Shown: positions 1-8,826, counted from the stretch's first letter. The stretch is DNA of 64,000 nt from Patescibacteria group bacterium (GCA_038064695.1 JBBTSO010000004.1:15792-79791), one strand, 5' to 3'. The notes: a model not told the origin generated them from the sequence alone. Numbers and translations: made by a program.

Positions 1-47
1 GTTTGTTTGCGGGAACGCCGCGTTTTACTCGTGCCATGGTTAGATTT
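1..47 (-). CDS. rplT: 50S ribosomal protein L20, N-terminal fragment running off the window start
   Basis: Minus-strand ATG at 47..45 translates MARVKRGVPANK, matching the conserved L20 N-terminus. It sits downstream of infC and rpmI in the usual operon order. Only 15 codons fall inside the window. Confidence 0.5.
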
Positions 48-83
48 TGTTATTGAGTTTATACGAGATTAGAAAATCTTCCA

Positions 84-144
84 CCCCGCCCTCTACGCTC
101 GTTTTAGTATTGGTTTATTACTTGAGTAAGCACAGAGGGCGGGG
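84..144. repeat. perfect 11-bp inverted repeat (CCCCGCCCTCT / AGAGGGCGGGG) with a 39-nt loop, between rpmI and rplT
   Basis: Arms at 84-94 and 134-144 are perfect reverse complements. It lies inside the rpmI-rplT spacer of the minus-strand operon. Confidence 0.5.
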
Positions 145-187
145 TTTAAGAAAATTTAATTCATTCCATTCATAATATTTTCTAAAA

Positions 188-379
188 TTATGCGCCGCTT
201 CCAGCGAGAAAACGTGACTTTGCTTTATTTGATAAATGGATGGTTGAGTTACGCTTCTTCACTGAACGTGTTTTAGCGTTCTCTTTTGCGTTGAAGTGGT
301 TTTGTCCGCTCTTGCGAATGATGAGTTTTCCTTTCTTCGTTACGCGAATTCTTTTGCTAAATGACTTATTTGTTTTCAT
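188..379 (-). CDS. rpmI: 50S ribosomal protein L35
   Basis: Translation MKTNKSFSKRIRVTKKGKLIIRKSGQNHFNAKENAKTRSVKKRN is the small, basic, K/R-rich profile of L35. It follows infC directly. I chose the internal ATG because the longer ORF would overlap infC by about 50 nt. Confidence 0.65.
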   Translation of the reverse strand: MKTNKSFSKRIRVTKKGKLIIRKSGQNHFNAKENAKTRSVKKRNSTIHLSNKAKSRFLAGSGA

Positions 380-968
380 GTATTTCTTCTTTTGGTTTCT
401 CGCTTTTTGGGGCGTCACTTTTCTTCTTCTGGCTTACCCGCTCGAGGACGATGGTGAACCCTTTCGGCCCCTTCTGTACGTCCTCAGCTACTCGATACTC
501 CTCGGGGACTAAAAGGACAAAGCGCTGTAGCCGCTCCTTAAGGAAGGTAGCGTCCATGTACTTGTACCTACCTTTAAGGAAGAGCTCTATTTTAACCCGA
601 TGACCTTCGCGGAGCCACTCTGCAGTCTGGCGGGCTTTACGGGTTAGGTCATGCTCTCCCGTTACCACCTCTACCTGGATAGACTTAGTTTCAGTAGTGT
701 GCGCCTTGGATTTTGCCTCCCGCGCCTTCTTCTGCTGGTCGTATTGAAATTTACCATAATCCATGATTTTCGCAACCGGCGGGGTGGCGTTGGGCGAAAT
801 TTCAATAAGGTCTAGGTTTGCTTCCTGGGCAGCTTTGAGGGCCTCAGCAGTCGTAATAACTCCAATGTTTTCACCGTTGGCTCCAATGACACGAAGTTGG
901 GGTGCTCTAATTTGCGCGTTGATGCGCGTCGTGTCTTTTCTTTGTTGAGGTCGGCTGTAGGGTCTTAT
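366..968 (-). CDS. infC: translation initiation factor IF-3, probable non-AUG (AUA) start
   Basis: The C-terminal domain is given by ORF 366..764. Continuing the same frame upstream of the annotated ATG gives RINAQIRAPQLRVIGANGENIGVITTAEALKAAQEANLDLIEISPNATPPVAKIMDYGKF, the conserved IF-3 N-domain. The frame stays open to a stop at 975-977, and the only in-frame start-like codon upstream is ATA at 968..966. Confidence 0.8.
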   Translation of the reverse strand: MRPYSRPQQRKDTTRINAQIRAPQLRVIGANGENIGVITTAEALKAAQEANLDLIEISPNATPPVAKIMDYGKFQYDQQKKAREAKSKAHTTETKSIQVEVVTGEHDLTRKARQTAEWLREGHRVKIELFLKGRYKYMDATFLKERLQRFVLLVPEEYRVAEDVQKGPKGFTIVLERVSQKKKSDAPKSEKPKEEIHENK

Positions 969-1010
969 AAGTCTTTATTCTACGCAGTAATTTGTTTTTA
1001 GCAACCTATC

Positions 1011-1793
1011 TCAGGTGTTTTTTGTATGGGGAAGGAGTGCGCTCTCTCCTAGGGTGAGTCCTTCAACAAATGCTCGGTTCCCCGCAATAAAGTTCACATT
1101 TCTAAAATCGTAGGTATCGGTGCCGATGTTTTGCACAACCCCTCCTGCCTCTTCAACCAAGAGTGAGCCGGGTGCGTAGTCGTAGTCTTTACCGTAGGGG
1201 TCAAAACTAATACGTCCCTCCATTTTTCCTGAAGCAACGAGTGTTAGTTCATACCCTGCGGTTACGGTTTTTAGTGTTTTTGAAAGGCGGCGAAACTTAC
1301 TGTAGAGTTCATTATTTTCTGGTTTCCCACTCTGTGTTTCAATCGCCGAGAGTGAGTGTGAAAATGGCCTGGTGCTGACGGCGATACGCACGTCGTTTTT
1401 ATATGCCCCGCCGCCCCGGGTGGCGTGGTACATGGTGTCGCTCACAAAGTCGTAAATGGCTGAAGCCACTACCTTCTGTTCGCGGATGAGCGCCACCATG
1501 GTGGTGCAAAAGGGTATGCCGCGTACAAAGTGCATCGTTCCGTCAATGGGGTCAACGAGCCAGTACGCCTCGTGCGACCGGTCGCCACCGTACTCTTCAC
1601 CGACAAACTCAATATGCGGGTCAAGCGCGCGAAGTTCACGCGCGAGAAACTCCTCCACTTCAAAATCCAAACGCGTCACTACATTGTGTGCCCCGTCTTT
1701 CTCTTGTTGTTCAACGACGTTTCCATAGTGGGGGAGCGTAAGTGCGCGCGTACTTCGAATAATGCGGAGCGCGTCTTTAAAGAGAGCGTCCAT
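1011..1793 (-). CDS. inositol monophosphatase family protein (SuhB-like)
   Basis: WLVDPIDGT motif and IMPase-family length. I trimmed the start to the internal MDALFKD to avoid overlapping the upstream gene. Confidence 0.7.
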   Translation of the reverse strand: MDALFKDALRIIRSTRALTLPHYGNVVEQQEKDGAHNVVTRLDFEVEEFLARELRALDPHIEFVGEEYGGDRSHEAYWLVDPIDGTMHFVRGIPFCTTMVALIREQKVVASAIYDFVSDTMYHATRGGGAYKNDVRIAVSTRPFSHSLSAIETQSGKPENNELYSKFRRLSKTLKTVTAGYELTLVASGKMEGRISFDPYGKDYDYAPGSLLVEEAGGVVQNIGTDTYDFRNVNFIAGNRAFVEGLTLGESALLPHTKNT

Positions 1794-1795
1794 AC

Positions 1796-2110
1796 TTACT
1801 TCAAAGAAAATGGTGGGTACTGGTCGGTGACTCCTAGGAGGTAGAGGTTCATGCGAAGCTGCCACTGGAGCGTCCCTTTGACGAGATTATAAAAGTTTTC
1901 GGGGTACTTGCCCGTAAAGAGCACCACCACCTGCGCGAAAAACGCCACAATGACCATGATGATGCCGAGGAAGTAGAGAATAATAAAGTGAGGAATCAGC
2001 ATGACGAGCTTTGGAATCATAAAGAGGAGTGTTCCAAACGCAAGTAGTCGTGATGATTTAAGCGGTCGAGGGGCTACTAACTGTATGGGATGTTTTTGTT
2101 CTGTTTCCAT
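1796..2110 (-). CDS. small integral membrane protein
   Basis: 104 aa with two or three hydrophobic helices and no recognisable motif. Confidence 0.35.
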   Translation of the reverse strand: METEQKHPIQLVAPRPLKSSRLLAFGTLLFMIPKLVMLIPHFIILYFLGIIMVIVAFFAQVVVLFTGKYPENFYNLVKGTLQWQLRMNLYLLGVTDQYPPFSLK

Positions 2111-2134
2111 CCACTCAGTATATCAAAAAAGGAT

Positions 2135-3325
2135 TTAGAAGCGGGACTCCTCGTTTTCGTATGTTTCAGGTTCGTCGTTGTCGTCGTGAGTTTCTTCAAT
2201 CTCAATGATACGGAGGCGCGGTGGGTCTATACGGGAGGTGTCGTTGTTTAGCAAAACGTTTAACGTGTTCATACTGAACAGTACACGTTCAAACTCAAAA
2301 AACGCTTCACTAGAAAATCCATCTTGGAGCATGCGCTCCGCTTCGCTAAAGCGGTCGCGTGCGGTCGCGAGTTGTAGTTCAACGCGCCGCTGCTGTTCAC
2401 TGCTGAGCACTGCTCGTTTTTCTTGGTAGATTTTTCCTGTTTTCTCAAGCGCGTCTTTGGCAGCGCTCCTCATCCGCTCTGCAGCTGCAGCATAGCGCGT
2501 AGTGTCTTCAGTGGGGGGTAGCGTGGCTGAAGCAGAAACATCATCCTCGCTATCCGTTTCAGCCATGAGTGAAAATTGAGCTACCTCTACTTCAGGGGCT
2601 GCCGTTTTAAGCGAAACTTCCGCCGCAAACATTCTCGTGTTCGGTGAATCGTCTGACGACTTCCTTAAGCTCACGCTCGCGTAGCGTTTTGCTTCACCAA
2701 TTTTTGCAAGGCGTGAACGAACTTTCTCCTTCACGCTCTCGGTTTTTTCCGTTTCAAGAGACGCGAGTATCGCTTCATGGGCAGTGAGCGATGCTTCAAA
2801 GCGGCTCGCCAACTCGGTGGCAAGTACGGGATCGTTTTCTGAAATCAGCGCGATACGCTCCTCAACGCGGAGGGCGTGAGCATCAAAATTTTCTTCCAAA
2901 CGGTCTTTGCGTTCTTCGGTTAGCGACTCTTTGACCGCGAGTTGTTGTGCTTCCTCTAAGCGTCGCTCCGCGCGCCACGCCTCAACATCGGCCTGTGCCT
3001 CAGGACTTCCTGCAAACGCTACGCGAACTTCCTCGTTCACTGCTGTTTTTACTGGATAGAGTAGGTCGCCTGGAACCGCGCGCTCTGCCGCTTGCGCGAC
3101 TCCTCCTCCGACAAATACTAAGATGAAAAATGAGGCAAGAGCGGGCATCGATCTTCCAAAATCAAAAACTGAAAAAGGAGAACGCATGCGTCCAGGGAGC
3201 GTCACATTTTCAGGAAGTGGTTTCAGCGCGCGGTACTCTCCTAGACGCGTATGCAAAAGAGAACGCTCCTCCGCAGTGAGCGTTACGTTTTTTAGTGTAT
3301 TCAAAATGTCTTGTTCGTTTTTCAT
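2135..3325 (-). CDS. putative anti-sigma factor / membrane-anchored coiled-coil protein paired with the ECF sigma
   Basis: 4-nt overlap with the upstream ECF sigma gene. One TM helix (FFILVFVGGGVAQA) is followed by a long charged helical region. Confidence 0.45.
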   Translation of the reverse strand: MKNEQDILNTLKNVTLTAEERSLLHTRLGEYRALKPLPENVTLPGRMRSPFSVFDFGRSMPALASFFILVFVGGGVAQAAERAVPGDLLYPVKTAVNEEVRVAFAGSPEAQADVEAWRAERRLEEAQQLAVKESLTEERKDRLEENFDAHALRVEERIALISENDPVLATELASRFEASLTAHEAILASLETEKTESVKEKVRSRLAKIGEAKRYASVSLRKSSDDSPNTRMFAAEVSLKTAAPEVEVAQFSLMAETDSEDDVSASATLPPTEDTTRYAAAAERMRSAAKDALEKTGKIYQEKRAVLSSEQQRRVELQLATARDRFSEAERMLQDGFSSEAFFEFERVLFSMNTLNVLLNNDTSRIDPPRLRIIEIEETHDDNDEPETYENEESRF

Positions 3326-3828
3326 GTTTTTGTTTTGCCCTCTATGCGCGCGCGTAACTCCTGCATACCGCGAGTAATGCGAACCGAAATGACGTTGACC
3401 GTTTCTCCGGTAATCTCCGCAATTTCGCGCGGTTTTAATTCTTCCACGTACCTGAGGTACACCGCTTCGCGATACACCTCAGGGAGCGTGTTGATTACCC
3501 GAAGCGCATCGTTATAGGCAGTGCTGTTTTCCGCCTGTGCCTTCTCACCAAACTCAATGCCTGCGTCGTGCAATACATCGAGCGAGTCTGGTTTCTTTTT
3601 TCGGTAGTGGTCAATAATGAGGTTTCGGGCGATGGTGTAGATGAGCGCCCGCGGGTTTTCAATGTGCTTACCGGAGTGTAAGGTGTCCCACACTCGCATG
3701 AAAGTCTCCTGAGTGAGGTCAAGGGCCACGTCTCGGCTACTCGTTTTTGAAAAACAGAAGCGAAACAAGCCATCGGCATACTCGTGATGCCAGGACTCAA
3801 AGGATGTTTCTTTTGCGTGCTTCTGCAT
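3322..3828 (-). CDS. RNA polymerase ECF-type sigma-70 factor
   Basis: Region 2 (ALIYTIARNLIIDHYRK) and region 4 (REAVYLRYVEELKPREIAEITG) signatures; 168 aa. Confidence 0.8.
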   Translation of the reverse strand: MQKHAKETSFESWHHEYADGLFRFCFSKTSSRDVALDLTQETFMRVWDTLHSGKHIENPRALIYTIARNLIIDHYRKKKPDSLDVLHDAGIEFGEKAQAENSTAYNDALRVINTLPEVYREAVYLRYVEELKPREIAEITGETVNVISVRITRGMQELRARIEGKTKT

Positions 3829-3894
3829 AGAATGAGACGTTTTTAGGGCAGGTTTCTTTCCCCAAGTATACCGTGTCTATGGTACCCTAAAGGC

Positions 3895-4374
3895 ATGAAA
3901 AAAATACTTTCTGTGCTTCCCCACGCTATTGCGCTTTTCGGCGCGGTGATATTTCTTGATTCGCTTCGCTACAAGTTTACGAATGCACCTGAAACACAGG
4001 TGATTTTTGGAAAATTGGATGTGTGGGCGGCGACGTGGGGTGCGAGCGGTTTGTTTTCACACACAGGGCTTTTTAGTCAGTACGTCATTGGAAGCGCGGA
4101 GTTAGTTGCTTCCATTTTCTTGCTCATTGGCATTACGAAAATGTTTCGCCGATTTCAAGTGGTTGGCGCGTTGATTGCGTTTTGTGTGATGACGGGAGCA
4201 GTTTTCTTTCACCTTTTTACTCCACTCGGTATTGACCCGAATATGGATGGGGGAGGGTTGTTTGTGGCGGCAGTGGTCTTGTGGGTTGGTTCAATTGTCT
4301 TACTTGTCATTCGTCGTGCGGATTTGAAGGAGATAGTGAGACTAAAATTTGCGTACTTTTTTCCGAAGAAGTAA
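3895..4374 (+). CDS. DoxX-family membrane protein
   Basis: Four TM helices and DoxX-like topology. It is followed by an intrinsic terminator. Confidence 0.55.
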   Translation: MKKILSVLPHAIALFGAVIFLDSLRYKFTNAPETQVIFGKLDVWAATWGASGLFSHTGLFSQYVIGSAELVASIFLLIGITKMFRRFQVVGALIAFCVMTGAVFFHLFTPLGIDPNMDGGGLFVAAVVLWVGSIVLLVIRRADLKEIVRLKFAYFFPKK

Positions 4375-4377
4375 ACA

Positions 4378-4407
4378 CAAAACCCCGCTCACGCGGGGTT
4401 TTGTGTT
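4378..4407 (+). terminator. rho-independent terminator (CCCCGCtcaCGCGGGG + T-tract)
   Basis: GC stem followed by TTTTGTGTT immediately after the DoxX stop. Confidence 0.7.
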
Positions 4408-4540
4408 GGTAGTGGCGCCGAAGTGTACCCTTCGGCATCCTACAAAAATATAGTCACTGACGTTCGTTATTTTTGTATGCCAAGCATACGTCCGGCACTC
4501 GCTCAACCAAGAAAGTGCACCGCTCTTTCTTGATCTTCGC

Positions 4541-4563
4541 TCGTTTGGTTGTGGAGATGGTGG
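4541..4563. repeat. direct repeat of the tmRNA 3' terminal ~20 nt, about 180 nt downstream of ssrA
   Basis: ttggttgtggagatggtgggaag here versus ttggtgtggagatgctgggaatcg at 4739-4762. Confidence 0.5.
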
Positions 4564-4706
4564 GAAGTGTCTTCGCTTCGCTCGCACGCATCGGTCACAA
4601 GTCGCCCTTTGGGCGCTCGCGACCCCGCCTCGCATTGCCTTCGGCAACATGCTCCGGCCTTCGATTCCCAGCAGAAGCAAAGCAGTTTGCTTCTTCCGTT
4701 TCCACA

Positions 4707-4740
4707 CCAAAACAAAAACCGCCGAAGAGGCGGTTTGTTT
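4707..4740 (-). terminator. intrinsic terminator immediately 3' of the tmRNA
   Basis: Minus strand reads CCGCCTCTTCGGCGG followed by TTTTTGTTTT. Confidence 0.7.
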
Positions 4741-5140
4741 TGGTGTGGAGATGCTGGGAATCGAACCCAGATGCAATAAGAGAGTTTTAAGCGAGTCTAC
4801 AAAACGTAGTTCACTTTAGGTGTTTAAACAGTCGGTATAAAAAGTAAACAAAAGCACCGCCTGCCGAGCTCTTAGTTTTAGTGAAGTGGGTGAGCAGTAC
4901 ACTTCCTTAGCCTGAAGATATTACACCAGCGTTTCTTTATCAGACATCAAGAAACGTGATGTCGTCGGGTCAGCTTATGCAGCGACGCGAACGAACGCAA
5001 AGTCAGCCTTTGAAAACAAAGACTGGCCTGCGAAAAACGTGGGTTTTGCACGTTAGTGCGCTCGAGGTTTTAGGTGTTCTCCAGCATTCACCGTTTTGCA
5101 CGCAGAAAACAAAACTTATTGTCGAAGCCGATCATCCCCC
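4741..5140 (-). ncRNA. ssrA: transfer-messenger RNA (tmRNA, SsrA), about 400 nt
   Basis: Minus-strand 5' end GGGGGAUGAUCGGCUUCGACAAU matches the tmRNA 5' consensus (GGGG..G....GG.UUCGAC). The 3' end CUGGGUUCGAUUCCCAG-CAUCUCC-A is a T-arm plus an acceptor strand complementary to 5' GGGGAUG. An internal frame reads GCU GAC UUU GCG UUC GUU CGC GUC GCU GCA UAA, a tag ending in AA then stop. It is adjacent to smpB and followed by a terminator. Confidence 0.75.
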
Positions 5141-5142
5141 GA

Positions 5143-5190
5143 AAAAACGGGAAGGGAATTCCTGTTTTTTCGGGGAGTCACCAGCTAGTA
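5143..5190. promoter_or_regulatory. 14-bp inverted-repeat hairpin between smpB and the tmRNA 5' end
   Basis: ccccgaaaaaacgg ... cctgttttttcgggg. It could be the smpB terminator and/or a tmRNA 5' processing signal. Confidence 0.4.
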
Positions 5191-5214
5191 TTCTTTTTTC
5201 AAGGTGCCGGAAAA

Positions 5215-5667
5215 TCAATCGTGAGATTGATTTTTAAGATGCAACTGGATCTGTCGTTTGCTGTCGCGTTCTTTCAACGCCTCTCGCTTATCATACTTCT
5301 TTTTATGGCGCGCGACCGCTACTTCCAGCTTTATCTTCCTACCTCTATTATACCATTTTATAGGTACTATTGTCAAACCCTTCTGTCCCTCGTGCTCAGC
5401 AAGCGTCACCAACTCTTTTTTGTTTAAGAGTAACCGGCGCGTGCGGTCTGCAGTATAAGAGGCAGGGGTGTTCTCTACTTGATAGGGAGAAATGGTGGCG
5501 CCCAAGAGAAATGCTTCGCCACCACGAATGACGACGCGCGCGCCTTCTAAACTTCCCATTCCACTTCGCACCGCTTTCACTTCAAATCCTAGGAGTTCTG
5601 CTCCCGCTTCAAACGTTTCAAGTAATTCGTAATTCAAGCGCGCCTTTTTGTTTTCAATAAATGCCAT
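5215..5667 (-). CDS. smpB: SsrA-binding protein SmpB
   Basis: 150 aa; MAFIENKKARLNYELLETFEAGAELLGFEVKAVRSG is the SmpB hallmark. Confidence 0.85.
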   Translation of the reverse strand: MAFIENKKARLNYELLETFEAGAELLGFEVKAVRSGMGSLEGARVVIRGGEAFLLGATISPYQVENTPASYTADRTRRLLLNKKELVTLAEHEGQKGLTIVPIKWYNRGRKIKLEVAVARHKKKYDKREALKERDSKRQIQLHLKNQSHD

Positions 5668-5687
5668 CTAACGGTATAATACCTCGC

Positions 5688-7670
5688 ATGGACACAGACT
5701 CAAAAACACAAACCGTGAAAGAAAAAACAGAGAAGAAGGAAAAAGGGAAGAAAGGAAAGAAAAAACCAACACTTCCCAAACAGCTTGAACAGCTCGCGCA
5801 GTCTTCTCGTGAGGGGGGTTCGTGGGGAAACTTTACCTCCATCCTCATTACCATCCTCGTTCTCACGATGCTCTACTCTTTTGTCTCAAATGGTGGGAAA
5901 GAAGTAGAGCAAGTGTCGCTCTCCGCGCTTGTGTCTGACATTCGTGCGAGCGAAGTGACAAACATTGTGATTGCGGGAGATAAACTCACCATTACCTACA
6001 AAGACGAAACTGAAAAAGAGGGGAAAAAAGAGTACAATACCGCGCTCTCTGAGACCTTAGTGAACTACGGCTTAACCGCGGAAGAACTCGCCACCGTTGC
6101 CATTGAAGTTAAAAACGAAACTGGTTTTCGCTACTGGTTCTTCGCGCTCGCTCCTATTGCGGTGCCGCTCCTCTTAATCCTCGTGTTTGTGTGGTACCTC
6201 TCTCGCCAAGTGCGTGGCGCGGGTATGCAGGCGTTCACCTTCGGGCAGTCAAAAGCGCGCCTCACGGATCCCAAAGACAAAAATTCGCGCATTACGTTTT
6301 CTGACGTTGCGGGCGCAAAAGAGGCGAAGGAAGAGCTCACGGAAATCGTAGACTTTTTAAAGAACCCAAAAAAATTCTTGGACATCGGCGCGCGTATCCC
6401 GAAAGGAGTGTTGTTGATGGGAGCACCGGGCACCGGGAAGACACTTCTTGGTCGCGCTGTTGCGGGCGAGGCGGGCGTTCCGTTCTTCTCTATCTCAGGA
6501 TCTGAGTTTGTTGAAATGTTTGTGGGAGTTGGCGCCAGCCGTGTGCGCGATTTATTCCAAATGGCAAAACGCGCGGCGCCCGCCATTATTTTTGTTGATG
6601 AAATTGACGCCGTGGGGCGCGTGCGAGGTACGGGGGTTGGTGGGGGAAACGATGAGCGTGAACAAACCTTAAACCAAATTTTGGTTGAAATGGACGGGTT
6701 TGAACCCTCAGAGAAAGTCATTGTTATGGCGGCAACAAACCGTCCTGACGTCTTAGACCCCGCGCTTCTTCGTCCCGGCCGCTTTGATCGTCGCGTCACC
6801 ATTGACCTTCCTGACCGTGAGGGACGAGAGGAAATTCTCAAAATTCATGCGCGTAAAAAACCGCTCGCTGAAGATGTGAATTTAAAAATAGTTGCAGAAC
6901 GCACCCCAGGATTTTCAGGCGCTGATCTTCAGAGCTTGATGAACGAAGGCGCTATTCTTGCGGCGCGTGAGGATAGAAAGAAGGTAGCGCAGTTTGACTT
7001 GGTGCGCTCTATTGAAAAGGTAATGCTTGGTCCTGAGCGAAAAACACACATTCTTTCCCGCAAAGAGAAAGAAATAACCGCGTACCACGAAGCGGGACAC
7101 GCGCTGGTGGCGAGTGTGTTGCCGTACGCGGACCCCGTGCACAAAATTTCTATTATTTCTCGTGGACGTGCGGCCGGCTACACGCTCAAGCTTCCACTGG
7201 ATGATAAGAAAATGCAGTCGCGCAATGAATTTTTGGACGACATCGCGGTTAGTTTAGGTGGGTACATTGCTGAAGAAATGGTCTTTGGTGACTTAACGAC
7301 GGGTCCGTCAAACGACCTTCAGGTATTGACCGCGCTCGCGCGCGATATGGTTACCAAGTACGGTATGAGTAGCGTGATGGGGCCGGTGGCGCTTGAAGGG
7401 GAAGGTGGGCGTGCCATGTTTGGGCGCGGTATGAATGAGAAAGAGTATTCTCCTGAAGTGTCCGCAAAAATTGATGCCGAAGTGAAAAAAATTATTGATG
7501 ACGCGTATCGCAAAGCCACTGATCTTATTGTGAAACATCGCCCGGTCCTTGATGCTATTGCGAAAAAATTGGTGGTTGAAGAGAATATTGAACGTGATGA
7601 GTTTGAAAAACTCTTAATTCTTCACGGTATTGAGCCAAAAAAGAAGCAGGACATTGAACACCAGCCCTAA
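5688..7670 (+). CDS. ftsH: ATP-dependent zinc metalloprotease FtsH
   Basis: N-terminal TM helices, AAA module (GAPGTGKT Walker A, DEIDA Walker B), HEAGHA zinc motif. I moved the start to the ATG at 5688, which sits directly behind a TATAAT box. Confidence 0.9.
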   Translation: MDTDSKTQTVKEKTEKKEKGKKGKKKPTLPKQLEQLAQSSREGGSWGNFTSILITILVLTMLYSFVSNGGKEVEQVSLSALVSDIRASEVTNIVIAGDKLTITYKDETEKEGKKEYNTALSETLVNYGLTAEELATVAIEVKNETGFRYWFFALAPIAVPLLLILVFVWYLSRQVRGAGMQAFTFGQSKARLTDPKDKNSRITFSDVAGAKEAKEELTEIVDFLKNPKKFLDIGARIPKGVLLMGAPGTGKTLLGRAVAGEAGVPFFSISGSEFVEMFVGVGASRVRDLFQMAKRAAPAIIFVDEIDAVGRVRGTGVGGGNDEREQTLNQILVEMDGFEPSEKVIVMAATNRPDVLDPALLRPGRFDRRVTIDLPDREGREEILKIHARKKPLAEDVNLKIVAERTPGFSGADLQSLMNEGAILAAREDRKKVAQFDLVRSIEKVMLGPERKTHILSRKEKEITAYHEAGHALVASVLPYADPVHKISIISRGRAAGYTLKLPLDDKKMQSRNEFLDDIAVSLGGYIAEEMVFGDLTTGPSNDLQVLTALARDMVTKYGMSSVMGPVALEGEGGRAMFGRGMNEKEYSPEVSAKIDAEVKKIIDDAYRKATDLIVKHRPVLDAIAKKLVVEENIERDEFEKLLILHGIEPKKKQDIEHQP

Positions 7671-7764
7671 ACACGCTGTCCACAGCAGGTCCTCAGAAGG
7701 CGTCTAATGGCTCTAAAATGTAGGTACAGGTCGAATTAATAAACCTCCCATAACTAAACGAATC

Positions 7765-8145
7765 ATGATTCAGAAGTTAGCGTGGATTTTTGCTGTAGTA
7801 TTTCTTGCGGTAGGTGTCTTGGGTTTTGTTCCAGGTATTACCTCTGATGGAATGCTCCTAGGCATCTTTGAGGTTGATATGGTGCACAACATCATTCACC
7901 TCGTTTCAGGTGCCGTATTTGCCTATGCAGCAATGCAATCAGCAAAAATGTCTAAAATGGTGTTCAAAGTGTTTGGTGTAATCTATGCGATAGTAGCGGT
8001 GGTTGGCCTTATGCAAGGCGACACGGTACTCGGATTGATTGCAACGAACATGGCAGACCATGTTCTCCATGTCATCCTTGCCGTAGCAATGCTCTACATT
8101 GGTTTTGGCATGAAAGAGAAAATGATGGCCACCCCGATGGTTTAA
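7765..8145 (+). CDS. small integral membrane protein
   Basis: 126 aa with four hydrophobic helices. A terminator follows. Confidence 0.4.
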   Translation: MIQKLAWIFAVVFLAVGVLGFVPGITSDGMLLGIFEVDMVHNIIHLVSGAVFAYAAMQSAKMSKMVFKVFGVIYAIVAVVGLMQGDTVLGLIATNMADHVLHVILAVAMLYIGFGMKEKMMATPMV

Positions 8146-8158
8146 GACATCTCTTTCA

Positions 8159-8190
8159 CAAAACCCCGCGTACGCGGGGTTTTGTTTATG
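8159..8190 (+). terminator. rho-independent terminator, near-copy of the 4378-4407 terminator
   Basis: aaaaccccgcgtacgcggggttttgtttat. Confidence 0.7.
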
Positions 8191-8437
8191 TTGCTAAGGC
8201 AGTAGATATTGTCTTTTTCTGATGTGTTAGCACTAACGTAGTTATGGCTATACAGAGAAGACTAAGTGTAAGGTTGAGTGCAGAAGACTCATCTTCGTCA
8301 TCTACAATCGGTTTTTCTTCAGTGTCTTCACTTTCGCTCCCTGTCTCTCCTCGGTCTTTCTTGGGATCTTTTTTGTGTGGCCAGTAACTCGGCCACGGAT
8401 TCCACATGCTCGGATAGTCGAACACTCCATTTTTCAT
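8186..8437 (-). CDS. hypothetical small protein
   Basis: 83-aa ORF with an acidic N-terminus and a C-terminal hydrophobic stretch. No homology recognised. Confidence 0.2.
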   Translation of the reverse strand: MKNGVFDYPSMWNPWPSYWPHKKDPKKDRGETGSESEDTEEKPIVDDEDESSALNLTLSLLCIAITTLVLTHQKKTISTALAT

Positions 8438-8786
8438 ATTTTATGTAGCTATTTTTATAATTTTCACCCCCTTAAAGAGTTTTTCAGAATAGTTGCTTGT
8501 TTTTTGTGAAATGAAAGTTAGTGGTGTATTGCTATACACCAAAAAAGAAAACAGCATTGAAATTTTTTGAATCGTGTGGAGAAAGTCCCATAGTTTCTTT
8601 ATTGTATTTCTTGTAATTCAAAAGTCAATGAATTATTTCAAGTACGTATTCACTTCTCGCGCACAACGTCTCTGACCTATTGTAACAACTTTGTCGCGAC
8701 CGCATCAAAGTTGTTACATTGGTGTGGTGAGGAGTTTGGGGAAGCTGTTGCGAGGGTGGGGTAGGAGGGGATATAGTTTAGTTACT

Positions 8787-8826
8787 GCACCCGTAGCTCA
8801 GGCAGGTTAGAGCGTAGAGCTTACTT
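8787..8826 (+). pseudogene. tRNA-like 5' fragment (acceptor and D-arm only)
   Basis: GCACCCG-TA-GCTC-AGGCAGGTTA-GAGC-G-TAGAG-CTTAC aligns with the 5' half of the neighbouring tRNA-Ile. No matching anticodon-stem 3' strand or T-arm follows. Confidence 0.35.

Noticed and set aside
4342-5427. Many small ORFs on both strands (4342-4776, 4473-4790, 4956-5237, 5074-5427, etc.) in the doxX-smpB gap.
   Set aside because: They tile a region better explained by the tmRNA gene, its terminator and a structured scar. Their compositions are Arg/Cys/Ser-rich and not protein-like.
6131-6841. 236-aa minus-strand ORF inside ftsH, and similar antisense ORFs inside recG, zwf, pilM, hsdR and others.
   Set aside because: They are antisense to strongly supported conserved genes and have biased composition, so they are shadow ORFs.
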